64,000 nt of DNA from Parasphingorhabdus sp. (GCA_048270065.1 JBLWTQ010000014.1:11921-75920), one strand, 5' to 3'. Shown: positions 19,688-30,117, counted from the first letter of the stretch. Translations and numbers: made by a program. The notes: generated by a model from the letters alone, not told the origin.

Positions 19688-20610
19688 TGCAGAACGGTTC
19701 CTGCCGGGATTTTCGTACCGTTGAGGAACGATTTGAGTTCCATTGCCGGCTTGCCTGCTTTTTGAATGATTTCCGGCTGGATCGATCCCGTACCGCAAGC
19801 GATCAGAAGATGATCGTCCAGAATCGTGCCCGGCTGTCCCTCGCCATCGACGACCGTTGCTTTGAGAATCCGGTATCGGGCACCCTGATATTCGAAAAAC
19901 GCGCCAGGGTGGGGATTATAAGCGCGGACCTGCCGTTCGACCTGTGCGGCAGGCTGGCTGAAATCCAGCCGGGCTTCCTGCTTCTCGATCTTCTTCGCAT
20001 AAGTCGCCAGCGCATCATCCTGCGTTTCCGCGGGATATTCATCCGGAGAAGCCAGATATTGCACCATGAGCGCGGCACCGGTCCGGGCCAGTTCGTCGGT
20101 CAATTCGGCGGCTGTCTTGTGACCGATCGGGGTTGCCGCCTTGAGCAACATCGGACCGGTGTCCAGTCCGGCCTCCATCTGCATGATGGTGATGCCCGTT
20201 TCCTGATCTCCCGCGAGAATGGCGCGCTGGACCGGCGCGGCGCCGCGCCAGCGGGGGAGCAAAGAGCCGTGAATGTTCAGGCATCCCATTCTTGGTGCAT
20301 CCAAGATCGGCTGCGGCAGGATCAGGCCATAAGCGGCGACTACGGCAGCATCGAGATTGAGTGCTGCAAAGGCTGCTTGTTCGGCTTCATCCTTCAAAGA
20401 AACCGGTGTGCGCACCTCAATAGCCAGTTCCTCGGCCAAGCGCTGGACGGGCGAGGGCGTCAGTTTCTTGCCCCGTCCGGATGGTCGTGGCGGTTGCGCG
20501 TAAACCGCAACAATCTGATGCCCTGCGGCGTGCAGCGCTTTTAACGCCGGTACGGCAAAATCGGGGGTTCCCATGAAGGCAATGCGCAAGGATTTTGTAC
20601 CGGACGTCAT
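19684..20610 (-). CDS. fmt: Methionyl-tRNA formyltransferase
   Basis: [32 protein letters not shown]. Confidence 0.96.
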   Translation of the reverse strand: MTSGTKSLRIAFMGTPDFAVPALKALHAAGHQIVAVYAQPPRPSGRGKKLTPSPVQRLAEELAIEVRTPVSLKDEAEQAAFAALNLDAAVVAAYGLILPQPILDAPRMGCLNIHGSLLPRWRGAAPVQRAILAGDQETGITIMQMEAGLDTGPMLLKAATPIGHKTAAELTDELARTGAALMVQYLASPDEYPAETQDDALATYAKKIEKQEARLDFSQPAAQVERQVRAYNPHPGAFFEYQGARYRILKATVVDGEGQPGTILDDHLLIACGTGSIQPEIIQKAGKPAMELKSFLNGTKIPAGTVLQ

Positions 20611-20818
20611 AATGAATCTTTCTTCGGGTCACACGGGTCACACCCCCTAATCCGGAAAGTGATTTTCCGGGCTGGCTGGCATCCGGTCAAAAAATTCTGC
20701 ATTTCCATCAGATAATTGACCAGAGCCTGCCCCGACCGGGACGATAAACATTCGCGATCGTGTAGGACAGGTATTTTATACTTGGCAGGTTCGTGCGGCT
20801 GCTCCTAATGACTAAGCC

Positions 20819-21421
20819 ATGGCATCGCAAGAGATCGAAAATCTGGTTCAGGCCCTCGCCAAGCTTCCCGGGCTTGGCCCGCGATCGGCGCGGCGGGCGG
20901 TATTATATCTTCTGAAACGTCCGGAAACGGCGATGAAACCAATTTTGGCGGCCATGATGAAAGTCGATGAGCGACTGGTTACCTGCGGCACCTGCGGCAA
21001 TGTCGATACGCAGGACCCCTGCCAGATATGCACTGACCCACGCCGCGACGAGAAGGCGCTTTGTGTGGTCGAAGAGGTTTCCGACCTTTGGGCGCTTGAC
21101 AAATCCCGTCTGTTTCCCGGCAAATTCCATGTGCTTGGCGGCAAATTGTCGGCGCTCGATGGCGTTCGCCCCGAAGATATCGGGATCGACACCTTGATCC
21201 GGCGTGTGGAAGCGGGCGGCATTGATGAAGTCGTGCTGGCCATGAACGCGACGCTGGAAGGCCAGACTACAGCCCATTATATCGCTGAACGGCTGGAAAA
21301 TTATCCGATAAGGCTGAGCCAGCTGTCCCATGGTATCCCGGTTGGCGGCGAGCTGGATTATCTCGACGAGGGAACATTGGCGCAGGCGCTGCGTTCACGG
21401 CGGCCAGTTCACAGCGACTGA
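20819..21421 (+). CDS. recR: Recombination mediator RecR
   Basis: [11 protein letters not shown] HhH, C4 zinc finger, Toprim domain, GGELDYLD. Confidence 0.96.
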   Translation: MASQEIENLVQALAKLPGLGPRSARRAVLYLLKRPETAMKPILAAMMKVDERLVTCGTCGNVDTQDPCQICTDPRRDEKALCVVEEVSDLWALDKSRLFPGKFHVLGGKLSALDGVRPEDIGIDTLIRRVEAGGIDEVVLAMNATLEGQTTAHYIAERLENYPIRLSQLSHGIPVGGELDYLDEGTLAQALRSRRPVHSD

Positions 21422-21621
21422 GCAAAATATTGGACCATGCACCGTTCAAGCGATCGAAAACTCCCGGACGTCATCAATTCCCCATCCTGCAGCCTACAGG
21501 AACGGTGAGAATTCCATGTAAATTCAGAGGATTAATAAAAATCCTTCGTTCTTGCCAGATCGCTGTGATGCGGCCGTGCCGGAAAATCGTACGCTGATCT
21601 CGTTCTGTCCCACGTAAAAAT

Positions 21622-21640
21622 TACTGACAATACTGACAAT
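21622..21640. promoter_or_regulatory. Tandem 9-bp direct repeat (TACTGACAA x2), candidate regulator site upstream of the TBDR
   Basis: Exact tandem repeat in an AT-rich intergenic region about 115 bp upstream of the ATG. Confidence 0.35.
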
Positions 21641-21753
21641 AAAGCCACAGTTTCCAAAAAACCGCCCCAGTCTGCTTTGATTCAGCTTTCAAATGTCGAT
21701 CGTAAAGCTATCATCGGCGCGGAAAAGTGAAGCTGTTATCAGGAGAGCCTAAA

Positions 21754-24471
21754 ATGAAACTAGCGTTAAATCTGTCTGCGTGCGCATTCGCACTTGCAGC
21801 GATCGCCACAGCCCCCGTGTATGCGCAGTCGCAATCAGATGCGGCTGACCAGGTTGATGAAACCGTCGACGATAACGTGATCGTCGTGACCGCACAGGGC
21901 CGAGCGCAGGTATTGTCCGATGTTCCTGTCGCTGTTTCGGCCATTGGCGCGGAACAATTGCAGCAAAGCGGCGCAACCGACATTCGTGAGCTCAACCAGT
22001 TGGCGCCTTCATTGCTTGTATCCTCTACCGGCAACGAAGCCAACGGCTCCGCCCGCGTTCGCGGTATTGGCACCGTTGGTGACAATCCCGGTCTGGAAAG
22101 TTCTGTCGCAGTGTTCATTGACGGGGTCTATCGTTCGCGTAGCGGTAACGCGCTCAGCGAGCTTGGTCCGATTGAACGGGTCGAAGTTCTGCGGGGTCCG
22201 CAAGGCACATTGGGCGGACGGAACTCTTCTGCCGGCTTGATCAGCATCACCACTGCCGCTCCGGAATTCATATTCTCAGGATATGGCGCAATATCCTATG
22301 GCAATTATGACCAGTTCCGTCTGGAAGGCGGCATTACCGGCCCGTTGAGCGATACGATTGCTGCGCGTGTCGACGGCGTTTATTTGAAACGCGACGGCTT
22401 TTACACCGATGTTGTCAACGATACCGATGTGAACAACAAAGACCGGTATCTTGTCCGCGGCCAGCTGTTGTTTGAGCCAAGGGATGGGCTGACTGTCCGT
22501 GTGATTGGTGATTATTCAAAGAAAGACGAGTCCTGCTGTGCAGCGACTTTTGTGCAGCCTGAATTCGCACAGCAAGCAAGGGTAAGCCCGGGACTTGATC
22601 CCTTTACTCTTCCGCAACCCGGTGCACCGGCTCTTACCAGTACCGACAACCCGATCATTCCTGTGCTTCTGGCTCTCGGTCAGGATCCAAACGCTCTGAA
22701 CCAAAGCACGTTTAACCGGGACATCTATGTCACCCCCGGTCGTTCCTATGCCGGTGAGACCGAGGATTATGGTGCTTCGGTCGAGGTCAACGCCGAATTG
22801 GGCGAGTTGAACTTCACGTCGATCACCGGATATCGTGAATATTCCAACTTTCAGGCTTCCGATACCGACTACACACAGGTGGATATCCTCTATCGCGCGC
22901 CGAATGAAAATGCCGGTTCGCGGGAGTTCAAGACCTTCACGCAAGAACTCCGCCTTCAGGGTTCGGCCTTCGACGACAAGCTCGATTGGTTGATCGGCGG
23001 TTTTTATGCGAACGAAAAGCTCGAAACACGGGATAACCTCCGCTTCGGTTCGCAATATGGTGCCTTCGCGCCTTGCCGTGTCGTCAATGCCATTAATCCT
23101 GCGCTTGCTTCACCGACCAGCACAGGCTGTCTGAGCGCTGGCGGCCGGGCTGTGCTGCAAGCCGCCAATGGCGGTGCCGGGGCATTCGGTGCCGCGACAC
23201 CGTTGATTTTTGCGGGCCTCGATAATCTGGCGCAGATCAACGACCGCGGCAGCATTGTTGACGTCTATAATCAGACAAGCGAAAATTTTGCGTTTTTCAC
23301 CCACAATATTTTCCACGTCACGGACAAGCTCGATCTTACTTTGGGGCTGCGCTATACCAATGAAACAAAGGATTTCGACGCTGCCTTTACCAACGACAAC
23401 ACAATGTGTCCGGTTCAACGGTCATTGTTAAGCCCGTTGCTTGGTGGTCCACTTAACGCGTTGGCGGCCGGTCTGATCGGCCTGTCATGTCAGGGTAACT
23501 CATCCTCCGAACTGGACGGCGTAACGCTGACTGATAGCCGGAGCGAGGATGAATTTACCGGCACTGCGGTCCTGTCCTACAAACCGACTGATGATCTGCT
23601 GCTTTATGGCAGCTACTCGCGCGGTTACAAGGCAGGCGGCTTCAACCTGGACCGGTCTGCACTGACCAGTGACACACTGAGCAATCCGGCAGTGGCAGGC
23701 GATACCGCCAATCTCCAGTTTGACCCGGAAACGGTGGACGCATTTGAAATCGGCGCGAAATATTCGACCCGGGAATTCTCGTTGAGCGTCGCCGCTTTCC
23801 GTCAACAGTTTGACAATTTCCAGCTCAATACGTTCAACGGATCGGTTTTTCTGGTTCAGAATATAAACGGGTGTAGCGATGATCTTGGTGGTGCGGATCG
23901 CGATGCCAGCGGCGCAACGGGCAATTGTGCAGCGGACAACGTCAGATATGGCGTTGTCGCACAGGGTGTCGAGCTGGAAGCGTCGATCAATCCGGTCAGA
24001 CATGTAAACGTCACCATGGGCCTGACCTATACCGACACCAGCTATGAAGATGATCTGGTTGGCCGCGATACGGGTGAAGCGCTGGATCCGGCGTTGCGTC
24101 TGCTTCCGGGCGACAATCTGTCCAACGCTCCCGAGATAACGGCTACGGCGTCGCTGTCTTACACCCCGCCACTCGGTAATAGCGGGTTGACCGGCCTGTT
24201 CTATGTGAACGCCCGTACGACCAGTGATTATAACACCGGTTCGGACTTGCTTTTCGGCAAGGAACAGGACGGCTTTACGCTTGTGAACGCCCGTATCGGT
24301 GTCCGCGGTCCGGACGACATGTGGGCCATCGAAGGCTGGGCGCAGAACCTGTTTGATGTGGATTATACACAGGTCGCGTTCAACACGCCCTTTGTCGCAT
24401 CGCAGCAAACCTATTCGGCTTTCCTTGCCGAACCGAGAACCTACGGCATCACGTTGCGTGGCCGCTTCTAG
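21754..24471 (+). CDS. TonB-dependent outer-membrane receptor
   Basis: Signal peptide, TonB box IVVTAQ, plug motifs VRGIG and IERVEVLRGPQGTL, C-terminal PRTYGITLRGRF; RBS AGGAG. Confidence 0.93.
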   Translation: MKLALNLSACAFALAAIATAPVYAQSQSDAADQVDETVDDNVIVVTAQGRAQVLSDVPVAVSAIGAEQLQQSGATDIRELNQLAPSLLVSSTGNEANGSARVRGIGTVGDNPGLESSVAVFIDGVYRSRSGNALSELGPIERVEVLRGPQGTLGGRNSSAGLISITTAAPEFIFSGYGAISYGNYDQFRLEGGITGPLSDTIAARVDGVYLKRDGFYTDVVNDTDVNNKDRYLVRGQLLFEPRDGLTVRVIGDYSKKDESCCAATFVQPEFAQQARVSPGLDPFTLPQPGAPALTSTDNPIIPVLLALGQDPNALNQSTFNRDIYVTPGRSYAGETEDYGASVEVNAELGELNFTSITGYREYSNFQASDTDYTQVDILYRAPNENAGSREFKTFTQELRLQGSAFDDKLDWLIGGFYANEKLETRDNLRFGSQYGAFAPCRVVNAINPALASPTSTGCLSAGGRAVLQAANGGAGAFGAATPLIFAGLDNLAQINDRGSIVDVYNQTSENFAFFTHNIFHVTDKLDLTLGLRYTNETKDFDAAFTNDNTMCPVQRSLLSPLLGGPLNALAAGLIGLSCQGNSSSELDGVTLTDSRSEDEFTGTAVLSYKPTDDLLLYGSYSRGYKAGGFNLDRSALTSDTLSNPAVAGDTANLQFDPETVDAFEIGAKYSTREFSLSVAAFRQQFDNFQLNTFNGSVFLVQNINGCSDDLGGADRDASGATGNCAADNVRYGVVAQGVELEASINPVRHVNVTMGLTYTDTSYEDDLVGRDTGEALDPALRLLPGDNLSNAPEITATASLSYTPPLGNSGLTGLFYVNARTTSDYNTGSDLLFGKEQDGFTLVNARIGVRGPDDMWAIEGWAQNLFDVDYTQVAFNTPFVASQQTYSAFLAEPRTYGITLRGRF

Positions 24472-24499
24472 GTCAACCCATAGACCCTGATAAAAACGG

Positions 24500-24540
24500 A
24501 GCGCGCGGTTCACCAAATGAACCGCGCGCTTTTGTTTTTT
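24500..24540 (+). terminator. Rho-independent terminator of the TBDR
   Basis: Perfect 13-bp stem agcgcgcggttca / tgaaccgcgcgct followed by a T-rich tract. Confidence 0.88.
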
Positions 24541-24638
24541 GCCCTGTTATTGCCTCAAGGGGCTGTGTTTTATACGGTTTCGCCATGCAACGCGGCCAAT
24601 TGCGTTTTTAGCGGCGGATAGACACTCTCCCGCGCAGC

Positions 24639-24667
24639 TTGACGAATCTCCGCGGAATCCCTAAATT
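24639..24667 (+). promoter_or_regulatory. Putative sigma70 promoter for def (probably leaderless mRNA)
   Basis: TTGACG-N17-TAAATT ending 6 nt before the ATG at 24674; no SD sequence. Confidence 0.55.
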
Positions 24668-24673
24668 TGGCCC

Positions 24674-25246
24674 ATGGCTATTTTACCGATCCTTGAAGTT
24701 CCCGACCCGCGCCTGAAAACCGTTTCAGAACCGGTCACAGAATTTGATGACGCGCTGAGGACTCTGATCGCGGACATGTTCGAAACCATGTATGACGCGC
24801 CGGGCATTGGCCTGGCCGCGATCCAGGTCGGCGTGCCCAAACGGATATTGGTTATCGACCTGCAGGAACCGGTTGAGCATGACCACGATCATGAACATGG
24901 TGAACATTGCCATCACGAGCATGAAGTGGTGCGCGATCCCCGCGTCTTCATCAATCCCGAAATTCTCGATCCGTCAGAGGATCTGAACGTCTATAGCGAG
25001 GGATGCCTTTCGGTGCCCGACCAATATGCGGATGTCGAACGGCCCGCGCGCATCACCGCGCGCTGGCAGGACGAGGATGGCAATCAGCATGAGGAGCAGA
25101 TCGAAGGCCTGCTCGCCACGTGTCTGCAGCACGAGATGGATCATCTCGAAGGCATATTGTTTATCGACCATCTGTCACGGCTGAAGCGCCAGATGGTGCT
25201 CAAGAAGCTCGCGAAACTGCGCAAGGAACACGGGATCGCGGCCTGA
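24674..25246 (+). CDS. def: Peptide deformylase with a His-rich insertion
   Basis: [26 protein letters not shown]. Confidence 0.96.
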   Translation: MAILPILEVPDPRLKTVSEPVTEFDDALRTLIADMFETMYDAPGIGLAAIQVGVPKRILVIDLQEPVEHDHDHEHGEHCHHEHEVVRDPRVFINPEILDPSEDLNVYSEGCLSVPDQYADVERPARITARWQDEDGNQHEEQIEGLLATCLQHEMDHLEGILFIDHLSRLKRQMVLKKLAKLRKEHGIAA

Positions 25247-25250
25247 TATG

Positions 25251-25336
25251 GTGCTCCTGTGAAGGCAGGAGCCCATCTCCAAATCTGTCGTCCAGACGCC
25301 ATTTCAGGAGATGGACCCCTGCCTGCGCAGGGGAAC
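25251..25336. repeat. 86-bp palindromic element, copy 2, between def and rmuC
   Basis: Right arm identical to copy 1 over gagatggacccctgcctgcgcagggg; same length and central GTCCNGAYGC motif. Confidence 0.88.
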
Positions 25337-25415
25337 AGGTTGCGGATTCAGCGCTTGAGTTAAAGTGCAACCCGGCTTAAGTTCTCTTTTCGTTCTTGTC
25401 GGAAAGAGAATCATT

Positions 25416-26774
25416 TTGGATCCCATCATTGTCATCATCGCCATCGTCGTCGCTCTTCTGGGCGGTCTGGCGTTGGGCTGGTTTATCGGTGGCAAGCCGG
25501 TCAAGGACGCGGTTCAAGCGACCAAAGACGCCGCTCAGGCGACCGATGCGCTGCGGATAACGCTGGATGGCGTGCGCGACGAGCGGGATGCGGCGAGGAC
25601 CGAGCTGGCGGCGCTGCAGGCCGATGCTCGCAACCACGAAAAACAGATGCAGCAGTTGATCGAGGCGAAAGAGGCTTTGTCGGCGCAATTTTCCGAAATC
25701 GGCGCCAAGATGCTGGAAACCGCGCAGCGCCAGTTTCTCGAGCGGGCCGACCAGCGGTTTGACCAGGCCAATGAAAAGGGCGGCGAGAAGATAGCCAAAT
25801 TGCTACAACCGGTGCACGAACGTCTGGCAACCTACGAAGCCTCGATCACCAAGATCGAGAAGGAGCGTAGCGAATCCTATGCCGGAATCAGCGCCACCAT
25901 CGAGCAGGTCAGGCAGGGGCAGGACAGGGTGCAGCAGGAAGCGGCGCGGCTCGTCAATTCGCTCCGCAATGCTCCCAAATCGCGTGGCCGCTGGGGCGAG
26001 CAGCAGCTGAAAAATGTCCTCGAAACCTGCGGACTGTCCGAACATACCGACTTTGTCACCGAACAGAGCATCGATACCGATGAAGGACGCCTGCGGCCCG
26101 ATGCGGTGATCAATGTGCCGGGCGGCCGCAAGCTGGTGATCGATGCCAAGGTTTCGCTCAACGACTATCAGGATGCTTTTGAGGCAGAGGAAGAAGATGC
26201 GCGCAGTTTTGCCATGACGCGGCACTGCAACAGCATGAAGGCGCATATCGATGGCCTGTCGAAAAAGGCCTATTGGGACCAGTTCGAGGACGCGCCCGAC
26301 TATGTCATCATGTTCGTGCCGGGAGAGCATTTTCTCGCCGCCGCGCTGGAGCATGAACCGGCCCTATGGGACCATGCTTTCGAGAAGAAGGTGCTGCTCG
26401 CCACGCCGACCAATCTGGTCGCAATTGCGCGGACTGTCGCCGGTGTCTGGCGGCAGGAAAAAATGGCCGCCGAAGCGAAGCAGATCGGGCAGCTGGGCAA
26501 GGAAATGTACGATCGGCTTGCGGTCGCCGGAGAACATTTGAAGCGGATGGGGTCGGGACTGGGCAGTGCGGTCGGCAATTACAACAAGTTTGTCGGCAGC
26601 TTCGAGCGCAATGTCATGGCGACCGGACGCAAATTTGCCGAGTTGCAGATCGAAACCGGCAAGAAGGATCTGGAGCCGGTGCCCGAAATCGAAGCGCTGC
26701 CCCGCTATTCCGACGAGATCACGGACCAACTGATCGAGGACGATCGGGCAATCAGCAACGAAGCGGCAGAATAG
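25416..26774 (+). CDS. rmuC: DNA recombination protein RmuC
   Basis: N-terminal TM plus coiled coil, RGRWGEQQL, RPD.V...P, IDAKVSL, MFVPGE, LATPTNL; probable TTG start at 25416. Confidence 0.93.
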   Translation: MDPIIVIIAIVVALLGGLALGWFIGGKPVKDAVQATKDAAQATDALRITLDGVRDERDAARTELAALQADARNHEKQMQQLIEAKEALSAQFSEIGAKMLETAQRQFLERADQRFDQANEKGGEKIAKLLQPVHERLATYEASITKIEKERSESYAGISATIEQVRQGQDRVQQEAARLVNSLRNAPKSRGRWGEQQLKNVLETCGLSEHTDFVTEQSIDTDEGRLRPDAVINVPGGRKLVIDAKVSLNDYQDAFEAEEEDARSFAMTRHCNSMKAHIDGLSKKAYWDQFEDAPDYVIMFVPGEHFLAAALEHEPALWDHAFEKKVLLATPTNLVAIARTVAGVWRQEKMAAEAKQIGQLGKEMYDRLAVAGEHLKRMGSGLGSAVGNYNKFVGSFERNVMATGRKFAELQIETGKKDLEPVPEIEALPRYSDEITDQLIEDDRAISNEAAE

Positions 26775-26777
26775 GGC

Positions 26778-27188
26778 TTAAGGTGGCCCATCCGGCCCTT
26801 CGGTAATGGTGCCGCCACAGCCGTTCAGGCTACCGCTGTTGCTTGCTTCCACCTTCACCGTATCGGCATAGCTGCGGTCGCTCATGCCATCGCTGCATTT
26901 TTCGCCGCTGGTGATATAGATATTGATATTGTCGACGTCGGAAAAGCCCTTGATCTCCCAGCCGCCATCGGTTTTTTTCATCCGGTGTACCGGAAGCGTA
27001 AAATCATTGCCGTCCTGGGTGGTGAAGGCAATTTCTTCGCCCTTGAGCTCGACCCTCCAGCCCGGTTCGGTGCCGATGGCGCTATAGTCACCCAGCTTTT
27101 CTTCCACCACCACCGGTTCTTCCGCAGTTTCCCCGCAGGCCGCAAGCGCCAGCGCGGCAAGTGGTGATAGCAATATCGCGTTTTTCAT
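26778..27188 (-). CDS. Small lipoprotein (COG3650-like)
   Basis: Lipobox LAAC; GTEPGW and CSDGMSDRSY...GCG motifs. Confidence 0.75.
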   Translation of the reverse strand: MKNAILLSPLAALALAACGETAEEPVVVEEKLGDYSAIGTEPGWRVELKGEEIAFTTQDGNDFTLPVHRMKKTDGGWEIKGFSDVDNINIYITSGEKCSDGMSDRSYADTVKVEASNSGSLNGCGGTITEGPDGPP

Positions 27189-27237
27189 ATCGTTTCCCTC
27201 CGCCTCGAAGTTATCATAGGGGATGTAAAAACTCTAA

Positions 27238-28041
27238 CTATCTCTTCCGGCTCTGATTCAATACTTCATAAGCCATGACGGAGGCCGCGACGGCAGCATT
27301 GAGACTATCTGCTCTGCCCATCATCGGCATTTTGACGAGCGTGTCGCAAGCCGCTTCATATTCCTCTGGCAACCCCTGCGCTTCATTGCCGATCAGCAAA
27401 AAGGTTGGCGCCTTGTAGTGAACCGATTGATAGTCGTTTTCGGTGTTGAGACTGGTCCCGACCAGTTCGCCCGGACCGCTCCGCAGCCAGCTATGGAATT
27501 CCGGCCAGCGCGCCTGGGCAATTTGCTGGGTGAAAATGGCACCCATGCTGGCGCGCACCGCCTCGACCGAAAAGGGATCGACGCAATCGTCGATCAGGAT
27601 CAATCCACCGGCGCCGACGGCGTCGCCGGTCCGCAATATCGTACCGAGATTGCCGGGATCGCGCAGCGACTGCGCCACCAGCCAGATATTTGCCCGGGAT
27701 CGATCCAGTTCCTCCAGCGCGACCGGATGATCCTTGTAGATCCCGATAATCTGCTGCGGATTGGATTTGCCGGAAAGTTTGGCGATGATCGCCTCGCTGG
27801 TTTCGATGACATCACCGCCGGCAGCAATGGTAGCGGCTTCGATTTTTTGAGCGAGCGGGTGCAGTTCGGTATCCTCGACGACGACCAGCATCCTCGGCGT
27901 TCTTCCGCTGTCCAGCGCCTCGGTTAATATCCTGAGTCCTTCGGCGAGAAACAGGCCCTCGCGTTTGCGGTGTTTCTTCTCACGCAAGCTCCTGAGCCGC
28001 TTGATCGTCGGATTGGAAAAACCGGTAATCTGGTGGCGCAT
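27238..28041 (-). CDS. TrmH/SpoU-family RNA methyltransferase
   Basis: LRDPGNLGTILRT, IGNEAQGL, DSLNAAVA. Confidence 0.92.
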   Translation of the reverse strand: MRHQITGFSNPTIKRLRSLREKKHRKREGLFLAEGLRILTEALDSGRTPRMLVVVEDTELHPLAQKIEAATIAAGGDVIETSEAIIAKLSGKSNPQQIIGIYKDHPVALEELDRSRANIWLVAQSLRDPGNLGTILRTGDAVGAGGLILIDDCVDPFSVEAVRASMGAIFTQQIAQARWPEFHSWLRSGPGELVGTSLNTENDYQSVHYKAPTFLLIGNEAQGLPEEYEAACDTLVKMPMMGRADSLNAAVAASVMAYEVLNQSRKR

Positions 28042-28045
28042 AGGC

Positions 28046-28324
28046 TCAGTCTTCGCCGAAGCCGTCGACGACCAGGCCGGTCAGTTTTTCGAGTGCGCTC
28101 TCTGCCAATTCGCCGGAAACGATGATTTCGATGCTGTCGCCCTTGGCGGCACCGAGCATCATCAGCCCCATGATCGACATCCCGGTTACTTCGGTGCCGT
28201 CCTTCGCCACACTGACGTTGAGACCGTCGGGCAATTTGCTGACATAGGTGACAAATTTCGCGCTTGCTCTTGCGTGTAACCCGCGGGCGTTGGTGATCTC
28301 GACGATTTTGCGAAATTCGCTCAC
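28046..28324 (-). CDS. ptsH: Phosphocarrier protein HPr (NPr-like)
   Basis: NARGLHARAS and SIMGLMMLGA motifs; GTG at 28324 overlaps the EIIA stop. Confidence 0.92.
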   Translation of the reverse strand: MSEFRKIVEITNARGLHARASAKFVTYVSKLPDGLNVSVAKDGTEVTGMSIMGLMMLGAAKGDSIEIIVSGELAESALEKLTGLVVDGFGED

Positions 28325-28725
28325 GCATCGCTTCCCAATATTTCCGATGCGACGCTGATATATTTTTGTCCGGCTTCCTTGGCGGCGGCGATGGCTGAAA
28401 CGATTTCCATGGATTTCCGAGCACCGTCGAGGCGGATGAGCATCGGCAGATTTACACCGGCAATGACTTCGACCTTGCCTTTTTCCATCAAGGAAATCGC
28501 GAGATTGGACGGCGTTCCGCCAAACAAATCGGTCAGGATGATAACTCCCTCGCCGGAATCCACCTTCGCTATGCAATCGGCTATTTCCTGGCGCCGTTTT
28601 TCCATATCATCATGCGCACCAATGCCGACCGCTGCAATCGCCTTTTGCGGGCCGACGACATGTTCCATCGCGATGACAAATTCCGTTGCCAGATGCCCGT
28701 GTGTGACGAGAACCAACCCAATCAT
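28321..28725 (-). CDS. PTS EIIA component, mannose family
   Basis: MIGLVLVTHG, LTDLFGGTPSN, GVNLPML. Confidence 0.93.
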   Translation of the reverse strand: MIGLVLVTHGHLATEFVIAMEHVVGPQKAIAAVGIGAHDDMEKRRQEIADCIAKVDSGEGVIILTDLFGGTPSNLAISLMEKGKVEVIAGVNLPMLIRLDGARKSMEIVSAIAAAKEAGQKYISVASEILGSDA

Positions 28726-28730
28726 GTTGA

Positions 28731-29666
28731 TTAAATTCCCTTGTTCCCGTTCAAATTCTGCATGGATTCCAGCGCTTCCATTGGCCGTGATGCCAAATTG
28801 CGATGCAGGACATTGGGCGAAAAGCCTGCGGCACGCAAGTCTTTGCTCAGCCGTTCCGCAACATGTACCGATCTGTGACGCCCGCCGGTGCAGCCAATGC
28901 CTATATTGACGTAGGCCTTGCCAGCCTCCTGATAGCGCGGAAGCAGAAATTCGAGCATGCCGAATATCTTCTCAATCGCTTCCGGATAGGCGGGATCCTT
29001 GCTGATATATTCCGCCACTTCCGGATCGAGACCTGTCATCTGCTTGAGTCCGGGATCCCAGAACGGATTGGCCAGGAAGCGGACATCGAACAACAGGTCG
29101 ATATTGTTCGGCAGACCTCTGGAAAAGCCGAAGCTGGTCAGCGTAATCGTCGTGGCGGCGTCCTTGTCGAGCGAGAAATGCTGGCGGATTTCGCGCTGGA
29201 GGTCATTGGCCGTCAGATCGCTGGTATCGATTACATGATCGGCCCAGCGGCGAAACGGCTCGAGCAAGGTTCTTTCGAGCGCGATGCCTTCCTTGGCGGG
29301 ACGATCCAGGGCCAGCGGATGGCGCCGCCGGGTTTCTGCATAGCGTCGCTCCAGTTCCCCACCGGCGCAATCCAGAAAAAGTGTGGAAATAAGGTAGCCC
29401 GGTTTGTGTTGCAGACGCTTTATGCTGTCGATCAGCTTGTTCGGCTCAAATCCTCTGGTCCGGCTATCGAAGCCGAGGGCCAATGGCGGATCGCTGTCGC
29501 CACGGGAACTCGAGGGCGGTGTTTTCAGCAGGCCCTCGACCAGTCGAATGGGAAAATTGTCCACCGTCTCCCATCCGATGTCTTCCATCGTTTTCAGTGC
29601 AGTCGACTTCCCCGCTCCCGACAGGCCGGTGACCAGAAGCACCTTTTTGACGCAATCATCGGTCAT
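28731..29666 (-). CDS. rapZ: RNase adapter / P-loop ATPase RapZ
   Basis: VTGLSGAGKS, SFGFSRG, DVRFL.NP, GCTGGRHRSV. Confidence 0.93.
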   Translation of the reverse strand: MTDDCVKKVLLVTGLSGAGKSTALKTMEDIGWETVDNFPIRLVEGLLKTPPSSSRGDSDPPLALGFDSRTRGFEPNKLIDSIKRLQHKPGYLISTLFLDCAGGELERRYAETRRRHPLALDRPAKEGIALERTLLEPFRRWADHVIDTSDLTANDLQREIRQHFSLDKDAATTITLTSFGFSRGLPNNIDLLFDVRFLANPFWDPGLKQMTGLDPEVAEYISKDPAYPEAIEKIFGMLEFLLPRYQEAGKAYVNIGIGCTGGRHRSVHVAERLSKDLRAAGFSPNVLHRNLASRPMEALESMQNLNGNKGI

Positions 29667-30117
29667 CAGCCAAGCCATCCCGCAGTATTCCTTGCAAGGC
29701 CCATTCTGCCTTGATTGCCGCACTGTTTTCCATGGCGTCCAGTGTACAGTATGGAACGGTTATTCCCAGCACTATCATGACCTGCTTGTCCATTGGGAAA
29801 CGGTCGGGATTTTCTGCCAGCTTGATGATCAATCGTAACGGGACTTCGGACATATGGTCGCGCTGCAATATCCCCAATGAGCGGACCTCCAGTTTGCCGA
29901 CGATACTGGATGGCGGGCTCAACAGCAACTGTTCGCCTTGTCGATTGATGACCACATAATCGTCGCTGATCAATGTCGCCCCCCGGTCGATCAGACGCAG
30001 TGCCAGATCGGACTTTCCCGACCTTGATTTTCCGCAAATCACCAACCCCGCGCCTGAAATTGCGACGGCGGTTGCGTGCATTTTTAACTGATCATCCTTG
30101 CCGCTCATTGTCGTCAT
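29656..30117 (-). CDS. hprK: Short HPr kinase/phosphorylase (alphaproteobacterial type)
   Basis: MHATAV, GKSRSGKSDLAL, LISDD, LEVRSLGI. Confidence 0.85.
   Translation of the reverse strand: MTTMSGKDDQLKMHATAVAISGAGLVICGKSRSGKSDLALRLIDRGATLISDDYVVINRQGEQLLLSPPSSIVGKLEVRSLGILQRDHMSEVPLRLIIKLAENPDRFPMDKQVMIVLGITVPYCTLDAMENSAAIKAEWALQGILRDGLADDR

Noticed and set aside
25251-26774. Functional link between the 86-bp inverted repeat and adjacent rmuC
   Set aside because: RmuC is reported to limit inversions at short inverted repeats, but adjacency of one of several copies is not evidence of a link.
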